Shown piece by piece: positions 26,995 through 32,664 of a DNA stretch of 32,664 nucleotides. This DNA comes from a virus. A program made the position numbers and the translations under genes. The stretch lies in UHGV virus genome UHGV-2169520; one strand, given 5' to 3'. Position 1 is the first letter of the stretch. Every line of letters begins with the position of its first letter. Below the pieces are notes generated by a model, which made no database searches, had not been told where the DNA came from, and saw only the letters and a list, made by a program, of their open reading frames with translations.

Positions 26995-27200
26995 TTGTTA
27001 ATCCTCAAAACTTTATGCCCGGGCGCAAAAGCACGAGTTTTGTCTTTGCTTATTCGCCAGCCATCCTTACGCGCCTCTTTTGCACAGCCAGTCCATGACG
27101 TACCGATATATTCACCGAAGTCTGGCGTTTGATATTTACCATTTGTACACTGGCGACAATCACAATAGAGATGCATGGTGTAACTTGCGGCAATAGCCAT
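26991..27200 (-). CDS. Hypothetical Cys-cluster protein (69 aa), possible metal-binding
   Basis: SD AGGAGA 5 nt before ATG; ..HLYCDCRQC.. and ..TGCAKE.. Confidence 0.6.
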   Translation of the reverse strand: MAIAASYTMHLYCDCRQCTNGKYQTPDFGEYIGTSWTGCAKEARKDGWRISKDKTRAFAPGHKVLRINK

Positions 27201-27201
27201 A

Positions 27202-27516
27202 TCAGTCTCCTTTGATGCCAGTGTTTACAACCTGACAAGCCTCTTTGAGCACCCAGTCAACAGCGTCTTGCCATGCTCCGGTTTCGACTGGCGGATTCTC
27301 ACGCTTTACCAGTTCATAGAAACGTACTGCTCTAACCAGTCCATCTGACGGTTTTGCCTGTAGTGCAGCCTGAGCTATGCGGTATACCTGGAGCATACAG
27401 GCGTCGTTGATATCCATTCCGAATGGAATATCTGATGACTGAGATTCCACATCTTCCAGCCTGGCAATTTCTTTACGTAAGAAGCCTTTCAGTTCCTGCT
27501 TCTGTTTCCTGTTCAT
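27202..27516 (-). CDS. Hypothetical cargo protein (104 aa)
   Basis: ATG 27516 with SD AAGGA at 7 nt; the ORF-track start is a TTG five codons upstream. Confidence 0.6.
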   Translation of the reverse strand: MNRKQKQELKGFLRKEIARLEDVESQSSDIPFGMDINDACMLQVYRIAQAALQAKPSDGLVRAVRFYELVKRENPPVETGAWQDAVDWVLKEACQVVNTGIKGD

Positions 27517-27527
27517 ATATTTTTCCT

Positions 27528-27722
27528 TCAAAGTTCGGTTCGCTGACAGGGTTTCTCTTTACGGCAGACAATGACGCTGCCTTTGCTCGAGTCGGTGATT
27601 GTTACCGTGCCGTCATCACACTGGACAATGACAACGGTGTTGCTCTTTTTCGCTACGCAGTTCGGCGTGGCTGATTGTGCGAATGGCGCGAAAAACAGCA
27701 GAAAAAGTAATATTCTGCTCAC
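27528..27722 (-). CDS. Small secreted 4-Cys protein (64 aa; predicted signal peptide)
   Basis: GTG start 27722 with SD GGGAGG at 8 nt; VSRILLFLLFFAPFAQS-ATPNC.. signal-like leader; Cys-containing mature part of ~47 aa. Confidence 0.55.
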   Translation of the reverse strand: MSRILLFLLFFAPFAQSATPNCVAKKSNTVVIVQCDDGTVTITDSSKGSVIVCRKEKPCQRTEL

Positions 27723-28150
27723 TGTTGTTTCCTCCCGTTCTGTGCTGGTCTGGCGAATGAATTGCGTTGTGGTGAAAAGACCATTCGCGCCAGCGCGGCC
27801 TTGTGATTGACTGTGTTCAGTGTTCTGGCCAGTCCGCCGTTGTGCCTGCGTGTCCGCTCTTCGTGATATCTCTGCATGATTTTCCCGGCAGGCGTGCACG
27901 GCTCCGGTTCCTCCGGCGAACGGCGCGGACGAATGACGACAGTCCAGCTATGGCTCTCGCTGCCCGGCCGCCTGTTGAGTATGTCGGCGATGGTGGTCTC
28001 CGTGGTGCGATCGGGGCTGACTATCGTGATTTCCAGCTCGTCGCCCGGTTGTGGCCTTGTGGCAGGCCTGAACAGTGTCAGCACCGGCATACGCTGGCGC
28101 ATGATGGCCTCAAACTGTGGGCGCTGCATGGTGCAGCAAAATCGCGTCAT
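27719..28150 (-). CDS. Hypothetical basic cargo protein (143 aa), coupled to gene A
   Basis: ATGA overlap with A stop (28147-28150); SD GGAGG; Arg-rich C-terminus. Confidence 0.6.
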   Translation of the reverse strand: MTRFCCTMQRPQFEAIMRQRMPVLTLFRPATRPQPGDELEITIVSPDRTTETTIADILNRRPGSESHSWTVVIRPRRSPEEPEPCTPAGKIMQRYHEERTRRHNGGLARTLNTVNHKAALARMVFSPQRNSFARPAQNGRKQQ

Positions 28151-30657
28151 GCTCCCGCCTCCACTGGCTGCTCTGTGATGATGTGACGGGCTGACTCATC
28201 CCAGTACGCTGTTCCCCCGTTATCCAGACGCACACGGGCACCGTTACGCACGGAGATGATGGCCGCGTCAGGCAACTGCACACCCAGCGCATCAAGTTCG
28301 CGGGCGATTTGCGTGTCCGTCGCGGTATCCGCAGGCACGACAATCCCCACCCTTACAGGGGTGTCAGATGCCGGTGTGGTGTCGTTTTGTCCGGTTTTTG
28401 CGCCCGACGGCTGATTTTTAATCTGATTACGCAGTTTTCTCCGATCGCCCCTGCTTAACGTATTCAGCCAGCTTTCCAGGTTCTCTTCGGGAAGCGTCAG
28501 TCGTCCGGGGTCCTGCCTGTTTTCTGGTCCGTGATTGTCTGTTTTTTCATCCCGGGGACAGTTATTGCCACGAGTCCAAGGGGCGACGGGGTCGCCCTGA
28601 AGGTCAAAACCCTCGCCCGTGCGGTTGTCTGGTGTTGTTTCTTTTTTAACCAGTTTCCACTCGTCCGGATGGGTGCATATGGTGTACCGCTCTCCGAGCG
28701 ACGGGGCGCAGATTCCGTAGATACGTTGAGGGAACTCACCGTAGTCGTTGGCTTCGTCTGCGGTTTCGTATGCGGTGCGGACCAGATACTGGTTGCGCGG
28801 AATGAGCACACCACCCTGTTTCATGATGTAGGTGGCAAAACATCCCACATCTGCGGCAGCCATAATGGCGTCAATATCGTCATGATCGAGGTGCTTCGGT
28901 GATGCCGGGTTGCGCTCCATCTGGCTTGCAAGGCGGCGGAGTTCACGCCATACCTGGCGGGGCGGAATGCCGAAAAACTGGAACTGACGGATGCGGTGAA
29001 GGCTTGCCCAGGCAATGGCGTTCTCCACGGTTTCCGCCATGGTTTTCCCGGATTCCTCATCAACGTAAGGTTTTCCGGTTTTCGGATCATTGTTGTGGAA
29101 AGCGCTGGCGTCCAGGTTCTTACCGATATAGGTTGCGATATAGCTTGCCGGTGTGCCTTTTTCCGGGTCTATCTTCTCGCATTTAAAGCGCGGTGAAATA
29201 TCGTCCCCCAGTTCGTGGCGATCTGATTTAATTGCTGCTTCGCGCATAATTTCGATGATGCGCTCTGCGTTCTCCGGGGAAGTGAATACCAGCATATGCC
29301 AGTGTGGCGTGCCGTCATGGTGTGGCTCAGCGGTTCGCACGCCGTACCAGCCCAGCCCCTCTTTTTTTATTTTTTTTCTTACGGCTGCGAAGAAGTCGTA
29401 AACCAGATAATCACTGGCATCTCGTACTGTGGCACCGTTGTATTTCGGGTTCAGGCTGCCGTTCTCGTTCACGCTGTGAAAGCGGGAAGGGGTGGTTACT
29501 GTGATGAAGAATGCGACGTCAGCCCGTAATTCGGCCACCATCTCCATCCCTCTGACGCAGACCATCATTTCATTGCGGCGGTTGCGTGGATTACCCAGGC
29601 CAGCCCAGTACACGTCCTCCAGACTCAGGCGCTCGCCGTCTTCGTTTTCAATATCCCAGCTTTTGAGAAAGTCACGGGTGCGCTGGCGCTTCTCGCGGAA
29701 CTCCAGTAGTGACTCATGGCTGATATAGGGGGATTGTTTACGTGACACTCTGCCGGCGGCGCGCAGTAACTCCTCCCGCCAGAGATCGGCGACGTGGCGT
29801 AACTGGTTGTTCCACCAGGTCGCGCAGGTGATGCGCAGTACCGCACCCGGAACCCGTTCAGGGTCCGGCGGTGTGCGTCGGTTGTGCCTGATTTCGAGTT
29901 CCGGCCAGTATGGCGGGACCACGCCCAGAATTAAGGCTGTGCGTGCCACCTTCTGGTAGGCCAGCAGCCAGATAACCGGGCTGTCATTATCCTTGCCTGT
30001 CCGTTCAAGAACTTCATCACATATGCGTTCAAATTCTGCGGCGAATGCCTGGGCTGTCAGTGTGGCGATGCGCTGGATTTCGTCACGGGTGAGTTGCGGC
30101 AGTGTGAGCAGTTCTTCAAGGCGATGGCGCACGACGGTGGTTTTGAATGCCGGCGTTGCAAAGCGGTCGTTAACCCTTTCAATACGTTTCAGGCGCGCAC
30201 GCAGTCCACGGCGAACGAAATTATCGGCCACGTATGCGCTGTTGTTTTTTACACCTTCACTGCGGGCACTTTGCTGTTTCCGGTTCAGTCGTGCCAGATC
30301 ACGGATCAACACACTGGCAAGAAACGAGGGCAGGGTGCGAAGTTCGGCTATCGCCTCCGATACCGCCGTTGGCGGATTTTCGCGTCTGTGTCGTGCCAGC
30401 TTATCCAGCCTTATCTGCCGCTCTTCGTCCCGGTGAAGGTGTGAATTAATTTGCTTACCTTTGTCCGTGGTTGTCAGGAAGGCCACGGTTTCTTCATCCA
30501 GCCGGGCCTCAGTGCGAATGTCTTCGGTGAGGTAGTCACGGATTGCCCGTTGTAATGCGGTTGGCTTCTGCGGTAATGCTCTGCCGAATGTCTCAGGATC
30601 AATAACCGGCAGCGGGGCGTTCCACGGGTACGCCAGGTGCGTGTGGTGATGGCTCAT
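28147..30657 (-). CDS. A: Replication initiation endonuclease A
   Basis: ..YGVRTAEPHHDGTPHWHMLVF.., ..WASLHRIRQFQFFGIP.., ..YGICAP.. blocks as in P2 gpA. Confidence 0.9.
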   Translation of the reverse strand: MSHHHTHLAYPWNAPLPVIDPETFGRALPQKPTALQRAIRDYLTEDIRTEARLDEETVAFLTTTDKGKQINSHLHRDEERQIRLDKLARHRRENPPTAVSEAIAELRTLPSFLASVLIRDLARLNRKQQSARSEGVKNNSAYVADNFVRRGLRARLKRIERVNDRFATPAFKTTVVRHRLEELLTLPQLTRDEIQRIATLTAQAFAAEFERICDEVLERTGKDNDSPVIWLLAYQKVARTALILGVVPPYWPELEIRHNRRTPPDPERVPGAVLRITCATWWNNQLRHVADLWREELLRAAGRVSRKQSPYISHESLLEFREKRQRTRDFLKSWDIENEDGERLSLEDVYWAGLGNPRNRRNEMMVCVRGMEMVAELRADVAFFITVTTPSRFHSVNENGSLNPKYNGATVRDASDYLVYDFFAAVRKKIKKEGLGWYGVRTAEPHHDGTPHWHMLVFTSPENAERIIEIMREAAIKSDRHELGDDISPRFKCEKIDPEKGTPASYIATYIGKNLDASAFHNNDPKTGKPYVDEESGKTMAETVENAIAWASLHRIRQFQFFGIPPRQVWRELRRLASQMERNPASPKHLDHDDIDAIMAAADVGCFATYIMKQGGVLIPRNQYLVRTAYETADEANDYGEFPQRIYGICAPSLGERYTICTHPDEWKLVKKETTPDNRTGEGFDLQGDPVAPWTRGNNCPRDEKTDNHGPENRQDPGRLTLPEENLESWLNTLSRGDRRKLRNQIKNQPSGAKTGQNDTTPASDTPVRVGIVVPADTATDTQIARELDALGVQLPDAAIISVRNGARVRLDNGGTAYWDESARHIITEQPVEAGA

Positions 30658-30662
30658 TCCGC

Positions 30663-31076
30663 TTACTCCCCTGCTGTTGCCTTCTCAAATGCAGCCCGGT
30701 ACAGCACAAGAAGGCGCTGGTATTCAGCGATAAAGTCTTCTGCTGTTTTAATCCCTTTCACGACCACGCTGTGGGTGGTCATTTCCAGAACGAGCACCAT
30801 TTCTGACGATGACCAGCTGATAACGCTGCTGTCGCACCCGTTGATGTGGAACAGGCCCAGCACCATGCTGTGGTTCTGGTCTCTGACATCCACGCGGTAA
30901 CGGTCATCAACGGTGAAGGAAAAATTCCCGTATGTGGTGGCGCTGCTGGCGGCCTGTTTACAGGCGCGGCGGTAATAGTCATGCAGGTCATTGAGACGGG
31001 AAGCGAGGCGTGGATCCACCGCCCACATCCAGTTAAAAAAATCCTGAATATCTGAAAGTCCCTTAACGCTCTTCAT
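30663..31076 (-). CDS. Hypothetical early-operon protein (137 aa)
   Basis: SD GGAGG 5 nt before ATG; stop 5 nt before A start. Confidence 0.6.
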   Translation of the reverse strand: MKSVKGLSDIQDFFNWMWAVDPRLASRLNDLHDYYRRACKQAASSATTYGNFSFTVDDRYRVDVRDQNHSMVLGLFHINGCDSSVISWSSSEMVLVLEMTTHSVVVKGIKTAEDFIAEYQRLLVLYRAAFEKATAGE

Positions 31077-31144
31077 GAGAACCTCCGGAAACGGACGTGC
31101 GGAAGCCTCCCGCGTACGGGGGCGGGATGGCTCCGGGATGTTGA

Positions 31145-31372
31145 TTAGTGGTGGTAGTGCTGGTTAATGAGGTCCTGCAGCTTGCGCAGGTCATCCGCCA
31201 GGTAGCTGAATACAGCGGCGGAATACATGTTTGACAGTGCGTGGCTGCGCTCATGCAGCATATTGATGTGCATGATATGCGCGACGCGGAATGCGCGGGA
31301 AAGTCTGCGGTTGATTTCAGTCTGGATGTGACGACGCGCAGCGTATGCGCGCTGTTGTTTGCGGTTTGCCAT
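31145..31372 (-). CDS. Hypothetical small basic early protein (75 aa)
   Basis: SD AAGAGG upstream; first gene after the control region. Confidence 0.5.
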   Translation of the reverse strand: MANRKQQRAYAARRHIQTEINRRLSRAFRVAHIMHINMLHERSHALSNMYSAAVFSYLADDLRKLQDLINQHYHH

Positions 31373-31419
31373 GGTGTTTGGCCTCTTCGTTTGTGAGTTT
31401 TTGGATACTCACCATCCAG

Positions 31420-31459
31420 AGGTTGCAATTCTGGGTGGCGAGACGTACAGGGTTGCAAC
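31420..31459. promoter_or_regulatory. Palindromic GGTTGCAA motifs upstream of the early operon (candidate operators)
   Basis: CCAGA-GGTTGCAAT-TCTGG at 31415-31433 and perfect palindrome GGTTGCAACC at 31450-31459, 30 bp apart; third GGTTGCAA at 31597-31604. Confidence 0.4.
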
Positions 31460-31553
31460 CACCGGCAAACGAAGAAACCGGCCCGACCGAAGTCGGCCCC
31501 GTACGCCCCACCATAATTCTGGTGCGAAAAAGACGTGGCGATACGGTACGCAC

Positions 31554-31573
31554 AAAAAAACCGCTGGCGCGGT
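31554..31573 (-). terminator. Intrinsic terminator, minus strand, downstream of the HTH-protein gene
   Basis: Hairpin ACCGC-TGGC-GCGGT (31560-31573) preceded on plus strand by A7. Confidence 0.55.
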
Positions 31574-31695
31574 TGTGCGCTTCGTTTGTCAGCGGGGGTT
31601 GCAATCCCGGCACCCGTTTTATGAGGTGCAGCGGAAATGTAACCTGACTGATTGCGGCATGGCAAGCGGTTTTTTTGTGTGTGCATAGTGGTTAC

Positions 31696-32250
31696 TCAGT
31701 CCGGTAGCAGTTCGCAAAGCACGGTGTCAGCGGCGGTATATCGTGCGTAAAGCCGGGCGAGGACCCATCTTTTAAGGGATATCCCGGTCGTGTCCCGGAT
31801 GTACTTTCTGATTTCGCTGAATGTCATCCCCTGTTCATCGCGCAGTTCAGTTACCAACTCCACCAGGTGATCGCTGTATCTGGCTCTGTGGTGGAGTTCC
31901 CCGTATTTCCTGAACCGGTACCCTCTTTTTCTCAGGTTCAGTCCCACCGTGGATGTCGAGCGCCCCAGTTCATTCGCGAGTTCCCGGATGGTTTTTGTGT
32001 GGCGATTCCTGATGAGCGTGTTGAGTTCTTTTGTATTCAGGGGGGGTTGTTTGGTGTGGATAACCCCCTGAGAGAGCAAAAGACGGATGCGGCTTCGTAT
32101 TGCTGGCCCGGTTCTCTGAAAGTGTTTTGTCAGTTCTGGTACGGTGTGGGAGGGGTATAAACCGACCAGTAGAGCATCTTCCTGTTGTGTCCAGGCTCTG
32201 ACATGCTTCGGTGGTACACCTGATACACCCATAGGTTTAAGTGCGGGCAT
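31696..32250 (-). CDS. Putative DNA-binding protein with three helix-turn-helix-like repeats (184 aa)
   Basis: Start at ATG 32250 (SD GGAG at 7 nt); segments TVPELTKHFQRTGPAIRSRI, TIRELANELGRSTSTVGLNL, TFSEIRKYIRDTTGISLKRW. Confidence 0.55.
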   Translation of the reverse strand: MPALKPMGVSGVPPKHVRAWTQQEDALLVGLYPSHTVPELTKHFQRTGPAIRSRIRLLLSQGVIHTKQPPLNTKELNTLIRNRHTKTIRELANELGRSTSTVGLNLRKRGYRFRKYGELHHRARYSDHLVELVTELRDEQGMTFSEIRKYIRDTTGISLKRWVLARLYARYTAADTVLCELLPD

Positions 32251-32349
32251 AGTTGTTCTCCGTTGTTCTGTTTTGTGTCGGGGTAATGGTCCGGTTTTTT
32301 CGCCTTCAACCGGAAAAGAAGGGCGTGTTAGCATTGATGAATCCGCCGT

Positions 32350-32664
32350 TCAGTGGATCTGGCGGACACTTTGTTCAACACGCCCGGGGGTAAAGATGTC
32401 TGGCTGCAAAAATTCCACGAGCCAGGTTACCCTGCACTCTGCGCTGATTAGGGGCAGAGCGATGACGATGAGGGATAAAACACCATGCAAAACAACCAAC
32501 GTAAAAAATCGAGAGAACGGGATGAGGTCATGTTCCGTCTCTGGTACAGCTACTGGCTGGAGCGCATCGCGGCGGTGTTCAATCGTCGCCTTGATGCGAT
32601 CATCAACATTTTGATCCTTGCGGCGGGTGCGTTCATCGTAGCCGGCTGGCATTTCGGCTGGGTG
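32350..32664. other. Coding region of unresolved strand at the right edge
   Basis: Minus-strand ORF 32350-32652 (no SD visible, may start beyond window) overlaps a plus-strand frame from ATG 32485 (SD GAGGG) running off the window; both encode a hydrophobic segment. Confidence 0.3.

Larger units (their letters stand above)
3411..32664. mobile_element. P2-like prophage, incomplete in window; left boundary approximate, right boundary beyond window
   Basis: Contiguous P2-type late, lysis and replication genes; ogr end abuts the terminator/repeat array; no integrase or repressor seen before the right edge. Confidence 0.85.

Noticed and set aside
30663-32664. Absence of integrase and repressor as evidence for a defective prophage
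   Set aside because: In P2-type layouts these genes lie beyond the early operon, which is outside the window; nothing can be concluded.

Overview
Most of this window is a P2-like myovirus prophage. Its ogr-proximal end lies near 3.4 kb and it runs off the right edge, so integrase and repressor are not in view. Calls rest on my reading of the translated ORFs against remembered P2-family proteins; no database search was run. Recognised: ogr, D, sheath FI, tube FII, E and E+E-prime with a T6G slippery site, tape measure T (frame broken near 9568), U, G, tail fibre H (two assembly gaps), baseplate I/J/W/V, S, R, overlapped spanins, a P1-Lyz-like SAR endolysin, a two-TMD holin, X, L, M, N, O, P, Q and replication gene A. 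Two regions go beyond the core phage. (1) Downstream of A, at the position where P2 carries orf91/tin/old, sits an AT-richer operon of five small genes chained to A by overlapping stop/start codons, plus a separate 237-codon gene; none has a domain I can recognise, and this is the best candidate for an undescribed cargo system. (2) The 3.4 kb left of ogr is essentially non-coding and built from repeated modules: five sRNA-like units with a conserved promoter and terminator but three different bodies, two copies of a ~400-bp structured element, and three copies of a 71-codon ORF of which only the one next to the prophage is intact. The sheath-to-U block is inverted relative to canonical P2 order. 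Three N runs are assembly gaps.
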